Assembly: GCF_009914755.1 (NCBI RefSeq)
Contig: NC_060928.1
DNA length: 64,000 nt
Direction: 5' to 3' (one strand)
Origin: the human T2T-CHM13v2.0 reference genome, Homo sapiens
The position numbers were made by a program, and so were the translations under genes. A model generated the notes under the pieces. The model did no database searches. It was not told the DNA's origin and was given only the letters and a program-made list of their open reading frames with translations. Below are positions 1-12,830 of the stretch, in pieces (the first letter of the stretch is position 1; each line of letters begins with the position of its first letter).

Positions 1-68
1 GACACAAGTTTACCTATGTAACAAACCTGCATATGTACCCCTGAACTTAAAATAAAAGTTAAAAAAAT
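1..68 (+). mobile_element. L1 (primate L1P-type) 3' terminus
   Basis: tttacctatgtaacaaacctgca...tgtacccctgaacttaaaataaaagttaaaaaaa is the characteristic L1P 3' end with A tail. Confidence 0.8.
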
Positions 69-1152
69 AATTTAACTATTCGAAGAAACACTCCACACTT
101 CCCACTGGACGCAGGTTGTCCCTCTTACCATTTGCTCTAATTATGCTTTAGTGTACACTGTTCCCTCTTCACAGAATATATTCCTATTTATTTACAAGCC
201 TAAATTCCACCCATCTTCCAAGTCCCTTGCCAGTCCCTCCTGATTGCATCGTGCCTTCCTTGAATCTAGTCTGCATGATCTCTCACTTCTCTGAGCTTTT
301 CTAATACTCCCTATGTCTAGCACGCATGGTGGCTTCTGACAATGTTCAGGCGCCTTGCGAGCTTTAGCTACAATCACATGAACTGCAACTTCCTGAAGCA
401 CTTTCAAAGTCCTATGCAGTCCTAGTCACAAAATAATAAATATTTTTAAAATTTAGCAGTTTCACCAAAGTAAAAACTTTTATGCAAAATGAGATAGTGT
501 TTTGAGGGAAGAAATGGCATTATTCAAGATCAAATCTTTTCATCTTTCCCTATATTTTCTTTTTATATTATCTACACACTATTCTGCCATAAAAATTTTC
601 CATTCTTAAATTCCTATTTGCAATCCTTGATCAGCCACTATATATTATCTATTTCTGACAATTTTGTTGTTGTTTTAGATTTTGGCTTGTCTTAACATTA
701 TTAAGTATGAAGTTATTTTTAAATGAGTATTACATTCAGGAATTATTTTAAAAATCATGATGAGGTGTTACGTGAGTTATACAGATATTTCTTGGTTTTC
801 ATATAAGGGGCATGGGGCATTATGAAAATCTAAAAGTATACCTTTCATTCTTTTCATCCTGTGTGTAGAGGGGTTGGGGAGAATGCTTTCTCTTGGTGAG
901 GATGTTACCGGGTGGGAACTGTAGGCTGAGCACTCAGGCAGAAGCATGAGCAAGGGATTCTGCAAAAAATATTCTGCAAGGAATACTGAAGCTGGGTCCA
1001 CAAGTCACATGGTTTTGCTTTTTGATCTCAATAATATACATGATTATGCTGAAATCTCAGGTCTTTTTTCTCGACCACCACGTGTTTTTCCATTGTGTGA
1101 TCTCAGGATCCACCAAAACATACCCAAGGCATCCTGGCAAATGCCCACTCAC

Positions 1153-1338
1153 CATCTTCCTCGTAGAGAAGACCCATATGCATGTGTGCCTCGGCTTCTT
1201 TCTTCCCACAGTCAATTTTGATCAGCTGAGCAATCTTAAAACATCGTTCATAGAAGTGGTTCCTTACCCACTTGTCTTCAGAATTATTGAAGTAACAGGC
1301 CAGAGCATACAAGTTATTATGTACATCTTCGAAGGATT
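1153..1338 (-). CDS. TTC29: TTC29 coding exon c.401-586 (186 nt, phase 1-1; start of TPR-like helical region)
   Basis: Acceptor ctctctttgaag|AATCC; encodes (E)SFEDVHNNLYALACYF...HMHMGLLYEED(G); donor G|gtgagt; overlaps ORF 1103..1312. Confidence 0.95.
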
Positions 1339-3339
1339 CTTCAAAGAGAGAAAAGCACCATGAATGGCATTAGAAAGATGTCTCATGGCACACCCTTTAG
1401 AACGGCAAACCAATATCATGACTTCCTATTTTTCCTTAAAGATGTGATTACCAATTTTAAAAATTGGGTCTAAAAGCAAAAATTAATTTATTTTAACTAT
1501 TATATTAATTACATTAATTAAAGGATGTGCAGATGAGTAAAGCAACAAAAGGCTTTCTGAAAACTTAGAACATGTAGGAAATTGACACTATCTGGTTGAA
1601 ACAGGAGGCTTTAAGATGTAGGACAGGACAATACCTACTAGCAACATGCTGAGTGCTTTTGGAAGAAAGGATTATGTAGTTTCATTGAGTACTTTTCCCA
1701 CTGGAGGTTTGAAAGTACTTAGAGATTCTAGAGATGGCAATGTTTCTCAGCCATAGCAAAAGATAATGTAAATGAAGAGAGCAAAATGGATATGAAAATA
1801 CCAAGGTATTTCATATCATAAAAATGTCACGGGCCTGATAGATACAACAAATGATGATCAGAATGACCCTATAAGCTCCATATGCTTTCAAGCAATGTTT
1901 CTAGCAATACAAATTTCTAGCAATGTTAAGAAAGAGTAGACTTCTACGCTTCTGTTTTCTATGGGTATTTTTTTGCTGGGAATGCATAAATACTGTCGTT
2001 TTTACTCAGAAAGTTCTTAATTAAACTCTTGTAGGTTTTTTTTCCTAAAGGGTATCTAACCTATATCTACATAAAAAAATGTGTCCGTCAATTGTGAATC
2101 AGTCTTATAAACCCCACTGTGATAGTAAACCTGAACGAATATGTCTGTGTGTTAATAAGTTGTGCCTCAGTCCTGTAAACTCCACTCTAATGGTGAATAT
2201 GAACAAATTCATAATATTTATGTCTTTTGTATTTATGCTGAAATCATAGTTGTATTATAAAATGCAGTGGTCTCTGGGTTACCCTTCCAATAATTTTTTA
2301 GTAACAGTCATTATCTATTAGAATTCACTGATATTAATTGTTCACTACTACCAGAGGAGTCAACCCACATATTCCTGAAGAGATTACAATTATGAAAAAT
2401 ATTGCCCACTAGGACACCTGTAAGATTAAAACCAAAAGTCAGAAAAAATGAAACAGGTTGATTACAACAAAGGGTCATTCTGCAGAACCGTAAGTAAGTC
2501 ACCCCAATGTTTCAAAAGAAATTTCTAAAACCGATTCTATTCCTTTACATATACTTCTTTAAAATTCCAATGGAAATTAACATTTATATCAAAATAAATT
2601 TAATAACTGGAAAACAAAATAAAAAGGTCTCCCTATCCTGGAAGTTGCTGGAGATTCTGGAGAGCCATTCTGCTTTTCGAGGACACTCACACCAGGTGAC
2701 AGCTCAGGTGAAAAGTAGCGCATGACCTAAGCTATTTATCTGACGCAAATACTCCCACCTCAGAATACTTCTGTGCTTTGTCTTTCCATTATGAACTTCC
2801 TACATAATGTGAATACAACACTAAAGTCTGTTTTGTAATATTTCATATTCTTGGTTATATTTACTGATTAGAGAGTTATTGCTTTTAGAAGTCAGTAAGT
2901 AAAACATTTCATATTTTCCACTTTAATAAAAAGTATATATATATATATAATTAAAAATATATGTAGTCCCGAAACAATTTTTTTATATTTTAGTAATTAA
3001 ACCTTAATGTAAAAATATTTGCAACATTTCATAAGGTTTTTTTTTTTAGGAATGAGTTAGATAAGCTACCAAGATTACATATTTAAAGACTACTTGTCAG
3101 CTAAGCTATTTTTCTATGAATAAAGGATTGTTTTCTAGAATATTAAATATAAAAGAATATATTCAAGTTTCAAATCTTTGGGCAATCCAAATATGTGTCC
3201 TGTACCCTTTACAAAGGCTACAAGTAGCCTTCTCTCCTTGCTTGTAGACCACTTCCTTGAATTGACAGCAGGTATATTCAGAAGATGAAAATCAATTTTA
3301 TTGTGGGTTTCTTATGCTCCTTAAAAAGAAGATTCTACA

Positions 3340-3570
3340 ATAAAATAAATTTGGGAAACATTTTTGCAAATTTCCTTTTTCAGTAAACCACACAATATAC
3401 ATCAGCATGCTGAATGCTCTGATTAGTCCTGCAATAAATTAACCTGCTTAACCTCAATGTTAGTTCACCGGGTATTTCTCAAGCTTATTTGGCCAGAAAA
3501 TTGTTTTGTTTTGCTTTACATCAAATCTGTAAACACCTGTGGAATTTTGCCTTAGAACATAATTTGTGTA
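3340..3570. mobile_element. Old hAT-Charlie-type MER remnant
   Basis: gctctgattagtcctgcaataaattaacctg...tttctcaagcttatttggcc resembles the non-autonomous Charlie-family MER consensus as I recall it. Confidence 0.4.
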
Positions 3571-4372
3571 TCTTAAACAAACATTATTAGAAAAAAATTG
3601 CTGCTCAACCCTTAATAAATTTAAAAGTCAAGTGTAAATAATGTTTGAATTATCTATTGATTCTCTTACCCATTACCATTTTTGTCATCTCTTCCCTAGC
3701 CCCATGGGGCATAAGGCTCAAATCAGATGTCACAGATGGCACAGCAATGATTCATGACAATGGATAATATTTAAAAAAAAAAAGTATCAGGGACAAAGAA
3801 ACACTTTAACAAATGGAAAATAACCCAAAAAGAAATGATTGGCTTACTTTAAACACACCTTTGCTATAAAACAGCAAGTGTTTTATAAAGTAATTTAAAT
3901 AACTCTAGGTTACTGCTCTGTAAGTCTCAAGAGATAGAACTGACCTGAGATGACTATTGTTAATGCCATAGCTTTGATTAAATGAACTTCACTGTGACCC
4001 TAGAGTGATGGTTCTTCCAATGAGAAGCAACGAGATTGCTCAGTTATATGCTATCTCAGGAAAATTGCCTCTAATGTCACAACCATATGGAATGGAACTT
4101 TAAGATACTATTAACACATTTCTATATTCTAGGCTTACATACACATTTTAAGATTTAGGATTCATTCAAGTTAATAAGAGTGAATGTGCATATCTCATTT
4201 TCTGGTACATCCCTAATTCAAACCACAATTTTCCTCCAATAAAGTTCATGTGTTGAATGTGGAAAAAAAATTATAACAATTTTTGAAAAAAGGTGACACA
4301 AATGTTTACATGTCCTTCAGCTGAAGTTTTTCCAGTAATACTTTTGTAATAATTTTAATTTTCTATATTTCA

Positions 4373-4756
<384 letters not shown>

Positions 4757-5085
4757 TTAACTTTTGGATTGGAGAAACATTTTTACTTATAGTAACTTTC
4801 CTTTAAGAAATATTATATATTAAAATGTTTTCTACCCTCAAATAGACTATTTGGCATTTTAGGTTCTTATAAATTTGAAAAAGCTTTATGACAAGCTGGC
4901 TCACATCTATGACACCTTATGACAAGTGACATATTTAGCTTATATTTACACTATCTCCAATGAAAGCCTCAATTTAAAACAGTGAATATGATAAAATTCA
5001 ATGGAATAAAACAGCTAATGAGCAAATATTATCTTAGTTCTACTTTCAGTTTAAATATCACTGTAGAATTTTGGGCAAATACTAG

Positions 5086-5451
<366 letters not shown>

Positions 5452-6634
5452 TAATTTCTTGAGAAATAATTGTAAATAATATTTTAAAGTTCACCAAAAT
5501 ATTTTTTTTCACATCCATCCTGCAGTGAAACCCTTTTCATAATATACATAACCACCTCCTATCCCACCCCTGCCACACACACACCCTAGTTCATTTGTTT
5601 TGTTGTTCACATTTTTGTGTGTCTCATATTCATAAGTCAGGTCACAACCTGATGGGAAATATGTATTGGCTCCAACATATAGAGACTCTTCTAATGTTGT
5701 TTACATGACTCCATAAATTTTCTCCATGGTACCATTGGGTAACAAAAAGTTGCTGATACCCTATTTTCTCATAGAAAAGCCTGAAATGACATGTAGACAT
5801 TGTCATGTTGAGGCCTGAGTTTTTCTTTTTGAATCCTGTGGTATTTTCCCCAAAAAATTTGGAGAAAAGAATAATTTAGAATACCAAATTTACATGCCAA
5901 ATTCTAGAATTTCATTTTTTTATTTGATTATAGATGACTAGTTAAAATGACCAGTTCCTAATATGTAACTAAGAAATATTTATGACAACAATATCAGTAT
6001 AATTAGTGTAGAAATGAAAATATTTAATACTTGGAATGTATACTAACTTTCTGGAAAATTTTGAAATACAAAAAATGTATTAGAAATGATGTCATGGAAA
6101 ATATAAAATTGACAATTTTATTTGCAATTGTGAATTGCAGGATTTTCATGTCTTTTTACTATTTACAAAGATAAATTCTCTGATTCAAATCAGTAGGACT
6201 TCTTGACCCAAACTTCAAAGTCCACTATCTAAACTTAGGAAAATCAGTGTGATTTTCAAGTTATAGTACTCTTTGAAAGTATCTCCTCTATGAAAGTCAA
6301 TATTCAGATTACGTATACAGAAAAACTGTAGAAAGGTTTAAACCTAATGATAGGAACTATGTTAATTCATGGGGGAAGTTCTGGAGATATTATTAGGTGC
6401 TATGTGTTGTCTTCCCTGGCTCGGAAGGACATCACCAGAATGCCCCCGTGTCTGGGCAGCCTCGTGATCCAACATTCCCTTTCCTTAATTCCATAAAGAC
6501 GTTTAATTGACTGGGTTGAAGTGTGCTAAGTTGTCTTAATGTTTCAAATTCATACATGAAACAATCTGGAATCTTCCCCCAGGAGCTCGGTGTTCTGGCT
6601 CCTTCTGTGCTCTGCCCACAGTCCCACCACTTAC

Positions 6635-6858
6635 CTTTCCTCTCAGCGTCCTCAGCCCTGGTCAGGTAATGGTACAGGTAATCCAGTTTATCAGGCTGCT
6701 CCTCCAGGGGCTTCTGCAGCCAGAAGAGGGACCTGACTCTCGCAGCCTCCCTCAGGGCATCCCACCGCTCCATCAGAGCGAAGAGCTCGGTGAAGGACTT
6801 ATGATAACCATCTCGCAGCATGTCCACACAGATATTCTTCTTGTAGGAGTTCCTATAA
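6635..6858 (-). CDS. TTC29: TTC29 coding exon c.177-400 (224 nt)
   Basis: Acceptor catatttccag|TTATAGG; encodes [17 protein letters not shown]...AEDAERK; donor G|gtaagt; overlaps ORF 6432..6827. Confidence 0.95.
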
Positions 6859-7434
6859 CTGGAAATATGAATCAGAACACTCTCAGGTTTATGTTAATCC
6901 TTTCAGTCTGCACGGTATTTTCATTCTCTAATAATTAAAGGTTGAATCATGTTGCCTTTTATCCCTCAGTGAAAGCACTGAAAACTATCAAAAGATCTTT
7001 GCCTCAAACACTTATAATTGAACAACTTCTGTTTAATGAAAGATGCCAGGAGCTATCTAAACACAGTAATTTTAATGAAATTACATTATAAACATATCAG
7101 TTCCAGAGCTGAGCTCCATTTGATAAGGACAAATAAGCTAGTTGACTGATGAATATTAAAAAATACTTGATATATCAGCCTCCCACCAAAAAAAACCTCA
7201 ACAAGTCAAGCAAAAATAAAACTTGCCATTTAATATCAAAACAATATTCTCTCTATATTAGTAGTTTCACTGTATGTTACAGAAGTTCATCATTCTTTCA
7301 TTCATGCAGAAAATATTTATTGAAATCTATTACTAACTATATATTTTTTAATTACTTTCAGTTAGAATTAAGTTAATGATTAATAATTATATTCTCACTT
7401 CAATAATCAAATGCAAAAAGATAAAGTGACAAAT

Positions 7435-8300
7435 GAATATTCCATTTAGTCAAGCGACAAATAGGTGCTGAGTTTCCTACTAAGTGCCAGGCGCTGTTCT
7501 AGACCAAATAGATTCCATACCCTTGTGACGCTTACATTCTAGGGGCAGAACATGACTAACAAATAAGTAAGCAAATGAGAAATAATTTCAAATCACGAAA
7601 ATTTCTAGAAAGGAAATAAACAGAATTGTGAGATAATAGCTGTGTAGTGGCTATTATTCCATTAAAAGAACAATTAGATACCAAAAGATATAGCTTTATA
7701 CTAATTATATTATATTCTTTAAAAAAAAATAGGACAAACGACATGATGTGATACTACTGGCAACAAAAATTCACCGTGGAGTGGAAACAGCCCAGACCAC
7801 CAAGATTGAGTCCAGTTTTGCCTCACCTCCCTGGGTCTCCAGTCTTCTCATCTCTAAGCTGTGTATATTAGTATATGCTACCTACATCATGGGATTCCTC
7901 TAGGAACCAAATGAAATTAGGTATGTGAGAATACTCTGGGAAATGTGAAATCTCACTGCTGCTTCTCAATTCCTCATTATGCATTAGATTCACCTACAGA
8001 GTTCAAAAAAACAAACAAATAACAAAACAAAACAAAGTGACTAGACTTGCATCTACCAAGGATTTCTTATCCATTGGATCAACTTAGGTAGAGAACAAAC
8101 AAATGAGGAGTGGCAAGCAGGAGAGTGGTGAGACAGGAAGTTTAGAAAAAAAGGCAGGGACCAGATCATGAAGAGATCTTACGGTAAAAACAACAGTGAG
8201 AAGTTTGGACTCCAAGCTGGGAGGGAGGTAGAGCTATTGGAGATCAGAGTCAGGGAACTGACATGACGAGACTGCATTTTACAAAAGTCATCTGGAAGAA
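7435..8300. mobile_element. Fragmented L2 with interleaved MIR
   Basis: tgagtttcctactaagtgccaggcgctgttctag (L2 3' end, antisense); MIR-like core near 7780-7950; L2 body near 8100-8300. Confidence 0.55.
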
Positions 8301-9104
8301 GTGTCCCAGCTGAACCGCAACCTTCCCCTATATGGCAGTCAGGTTGTTACAGAACTAGTTCGTAAAGAGAATAAAGAGACCACATGGATCCTAGGTCAAA
8401 AGATCAAATGCCAACATTTAGTATGAGAATAAGATATATTTGAAATGGGGAAGAGAAAAGGAATAGTGCTTGTTACTTATTCCTGTCCTCCAATTGCGAT
8501 CGATAGAGGAGAAAAGTATGGAGAAAGGCAGTGAGATGCTTGGAGGGCCATGTTCTCTTTCTCTTTCTCACTCCAGTCAAATGGAGGGGCTCAGAGAGTA
8601 GAAAAGTCAACATCCTGTGAAATGCAGTGAGAGCCAAGAGTAGAAAACACTCATATCCTGCTTCCCATCTAGGGTTATTGAAGGCAGGGAGGATTACCAA
8701 CATCCCTCTCCCCACCTCCCTATACGCAAGGGCATGCAAAGGCAGCAAAAGTCCCTGCATAGCACTTCTAGGCAGAAGAGGACCAGAACCAACCCTGTAA
8801 TTGCCCACAGCCCATGAATGGTATAGGAGAAGGGACTTAATATTCCAGTGGGCATCATGTGTGGCCCAGAATTTACTGGGAGGAGAGGGCTGATAAGTCT
8901 GTCACAATGTCATCTGGCCATAGCAAGGAGATGTATCCTAATGACTGCTCATGGGCTGCCCACTGGGGACTGAAGGAAGACACAGCTAAAACTGAAATGA
9001 GCATACTGGGGAGCTCCTGAAGGGTTCAGGTCAGCATATTTCCAGAGCTCATAGAACAAAGACGGATCAAGTACATCAGAGATGGACACATGTAAAGGAC
9101 TTCA

Positions 9105-9600
9105 TAAGCTAGGAATGCATTCAGCTATAAGTAAAAGAAACTTGTCTCACAGTGCTGTGAAAAATGGAGGTTTCTAATTTTCTTGCCTAAAGGCAGGCAG
9201 CTGAGGGCCTTGGTTCAGTAGCCTGGCAAGTTCAAGACCATGTCTCTGGGGTTATCTTGACTTTCCCTCCTTCTGGTCCCTTACTGGTTGCTACAGGGCT
9301 GCTACAGCTTCAGACATTAGGTCTACTTTCAAGACAGGAAGAAAAGGGAAAGTGGGTTGGCACTGGCATCCCTTATTTTAGGGAAAAATGAAACATTCCT
9401 GCAACCACTAGCGGATTTCCACTTGTTTATTGGCCAGAACCCTGTCACAGCCCCACTCCTCACCTTGGTGCAAGGAGTCTGGAAAAACAAATACCCTGCC
9501 TGCTCTTGGGCATGTTGCTGCCCCCAAGCAAAACTAGAGCTATGTCTGCAAAGATGGAGGAAGGAATGGATACTGGCCAGACAAATGCAGTGACAATTAC
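9105..9600. mobile_element. Old ERVL/MaLR-type solo LTR
   Basis: taggaatgcattcagctataagtaaaagaaac... resembles old ERVL-class LTR termini; subfamily uncertain. Confidence 0.45.
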
Positions 9601-9614
9601 AAAGTCCTAGAAGT

Positions 9615-9836
9615 CAGAGGTGTCCAGTCTTTTGGCTTCTCTGGGCCACATTGGAAGAAGAATTGCCTTGGGCCACACATAAAATTCACTAACACTAACA
9701 ATAGCTGATAAGCTAAAAAAAAAATCACAAAAAAATCTCATAGCCTTTTTAAGAAAGTTTATGAATTTGTGTTGGGCCACATTCAAAGCCATCCTGGGCC
9801 GCATGTGGCCCACGGGCACTGGGTTGGACAAGCTTG
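9615..9836 (+). mobile_element. MER30 (hAT-Charlie non-autonomous DNA transposon)
   Basis: cagaggtgtccagtcttttggcttctctgggccacattggaagaag...gggttggacaagcttg matches the MER30 consensus as recalled, about 220 bp with terminal inverted repeats. Confidence 0.85.
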
Positions 9837-9873
9837 TTCCAGGTCAAGATCTGAAAATAAATGTTGTTACCCC

Positions 9874-10066
9874 AGGGGGTTACCAGATAAAATGTAGGAT
9901 GCCCAGGTACATTTTAACATCAGATAAACAATGAATGATTTTTTTATTAGCAGTATTCCCCAAATATTGCACAGAACATACTTATTCTAAAAAAAAATTT
10001 CTTGTTTTTGAAACTCAGACTGAACTGTATGGTCTGTATTTCTATTTGCTAAATCTAGTAACTCTA
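9874..10066 (+). mobile_element. MER53 (palindromic hAT MITE)
   Basis: gggttaccagataaaatgtaggatgcccag...ccccaaatattgcacagaacatactta...tttgctaaatctagtaactcta; about 190 bp; termini are inverted repeats. Confidence 0.8.
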
Positions 10067-10289
10067 CTCCCCTGAAGCCCCGAGTAGTGCGCTGCTGTTT
10101 CCGTGTAGGAAAATAGGGTGAGGGGAAGAAGTTTTAGAATCTTGAACAACCTGAGAAACTGCCGAATTGGACTGACTTTACCTGAGAGTGACAAGATTGG
10201 ATTTTTACACTAGGGAGGATCAAGGCTCAGGGCCAGGAATTAAAATTAAGTTATAAAAAAATAAAGACTTTCAATTTAGCATTCTCGAG

Positions 10290-10740
10290 TCTGTGAGTCA
10301 GAAATTCACACCTGATCCAAGAGAAGGGAGGGGAGGAGGGTAAAACCGGGAGCAGGAAGAACAGATGGGAGACTGGTGGTTGTGGAAAGGAGAGGTGCTG
10401 GGGGTGGAACCAGGGTAAAGCTGGAAGGATAGAGAGAAGTAGGTGATTTCAAAACATTTTAAGGAGACAAAAATATGGGTTACTTGGTGATTCAAAGGAT
10501 ATCAAGGGTGAAGGAAAGGGAGGAGCAAGGATAACAACCAGGTTTTGGGATTGGGTAATGGGTAATTAGTAATTTGCTGAAGAGGGGAACACGAAAGGAT
10601 GAACAGGTTTGGGGAAAGATAATGAGTTAAGGTTCAGATAACTGGAGTTTCAGGAGCCTGAGGGGACCTCCACGTGTTACCCTAGAAGGCAGTTTGGGGG
10701 GTGACATAGGAGGCCTGAGAGGACAAGGGGTTGTAATCTT
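10290..10740 (-). mobile_element. L2 fragment
   Basis: Purine-rich L2 body, e.g. gaacaggtttggggaaagataatgagttaaggttcag. Confidence 0.55.
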
Positions 10741-11099
10741 GCTCACACAAGCAATGCCACCTTTGTATGTGTATGCACTGGCGGCCAGCCGATCTTCCTA
10801 GGAGTGAAGAAAACATTTGGGGGCCAAAATGAAGAAAATTATAAATAGATAAAAATTAAAATTGACCATAAATGATACAAATAAATGCTAGATAGGGCAG
10901 TTAGAAGGCTGTCTCAGTTCTAATCACAACAGGGTCAGAAATCCAGAAAAATCACTCTGGGCCTCATTTTCCCCACCTGGAAGATGAAGGTGCTTTTGCT
11001 GGATTTGGTCCACCCAGCATCTAGCTCCACGTCCACAGGAGGCACATTCTAAAAGTATTTCAGAAATAACCAATCCCACGTTGTGTGTAGTCTTGGTGG

Positions 11100-11426
11100 C
11101 ATGGAAATTCAGGGACTCCCTAGCCAAGGAGTGGGTTATTGACCCAAATTAGGCCAACTGGTCTCTCTCCCAAAATTCTGAAACCAGAGGCAAGCAACAT
11201 AAAGGTGTAGGAGGTTGCTGGTGCTCAATCAATCTGGAAGAATCTTGACAAGATTCTCTCGTAGTTCCTGCTAACTACGTCCATTTGAGAGGGCTGGGTC
11301 TGGTCTTTTTCTTCTGATCTGGGTTCTCCTCTAAATTCCACCATAACCTTTCAATAAAATCATTTCCACTTGATTTAGTCAGAATCCATTTCTGCTGTCT
11401 GTGACCAAAGAACACTAAGTGATTCA
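11100..11426 (+). mobile_element. ERVL-class LTR fragment (LTR16/LTR33-like 3' end)
   Basis: aataaaat...tttctgctgtctgtgaccaaagaacactaagtgattca resembles an ERVL LTR end. Confidence 0.45.
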
Positions 11427-12589
11427 GAAGGGGTTGGACAATCATTTCCACAATGCCTTTCAGCTTCAAACATCTGTGATATATAACTGATATCAATTTT
11501 TAAAATTTCTAGTACATTTTTAAAAAAGATCATTCTTTACAGATGATGTTACAAATAGAAATGTATTTAAATATGCATATAGAACTATGCTGGTATCATC
11601 TCTATTTTTTACACACATGCGCACATACCTATGCATACAAATATGCTACTGTTTAAGCCTCATTGCTAATATTTGAGAGCAAGAAAAGACAATTATAGTG
11701 GTTTAATAAATAGGTTCCTATCTAAACCTTCATAGTTATTGCAAATTATTTCTTTTAACCAGAAAATCTTCTTTTATTAAAATAAATCGGCTATCTAAAA
11801 AAAAGGAATGTCAATCTCTACCATTAGATTTGAATTTCTCAGGTTTTAAATTTCATAACAGAGAACCATAGCCCAAGTTCACTTGCTGTATGAAAGAGAA
11901 TTGTTTTAAACACAAATAGAAATATAAACAAAACTCAGATTTATTCGCTTAATCATTATTTCATTTGGCCATAAACTTTTTAGGCTTTGGTTTCATTTAC
12001 ACATTAAAAAACTTTTATGAATATTAGTCTAAATTAACAGATGCTGTTTTTAAGCATCAGAAAAAGAAAAATCTTCTTGAACTGATGCCATGATACTGGA
12101 TGAAAATAGAGAATGCTGGTAAAATTTATGGAGAGATTTAATATTAGGAAATATGAGGAGAGTTCATCTGACAGGAAAAAAACGTGCCATTCACAGAAGC
12201 AAAAGTTGTCACATTCGTGGACATGCTGAATGTATCCTGAGGAAGATCTTTGCCACTGCAGATACTTGGGGCTGCAACGAGATAAGGGATGCAGCTTGAG
12301 AATGCATTTGAGAATGAAATTAAGTAGTCAAGCATTTCATATGGGTTTTATTGCCATTTAAGGGCATTATTCATTCAATGGAGATGTTGTTAATTGTTTT
12401 GAATTCACATCAACATCTCCCTAAAAAAATGCAGAGATTTAAAAAATCTAGAGACTGACAGAAAGCAGAGCTGAACAATATGGCATAACTCCACAGCAGG
12501 TGAATATATAGAGATGCTGGGAAATGGAGAATTTACTGCTAAACAGCCATGGAGATATTATAGTGTTTTAAAATTCTGCCTTAAACTAT

Positions 12590-12830
12590 TTTGAATAGCT
12601 ACTATTTATAGAACACCCACAATGTGTCAGGCACTGTGTAGACATCATTTCTAACTGGCACAATAACTGTATAAAGAACTACTTCAATTTTTACAAATTA
12701 AAAAACCTGTCTTCAGTGAGGTTGTGAATTGCCCAAAGCCATACAAGTTATTAATAGTAAATGGCAGAGTTGGAATTCACACCCAGCTCCCTCTGGTTGC
12801 AAATTCTGAATTCTTCCCATTTCCCTACAT
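12590..12830. mobile_element. MIR
   Basis: tatttatagaacacccacaatgtgtcaggcactgtg...gaggttgtgaattgcccaaagccataca MIR core. Confidence 0.65.

Noticed and set aside
946-1363. Plus-strand ORFs overlapping TTC29 exons (also 6669..6938)
   Set aside because: Antisense shadows of real coding exons.
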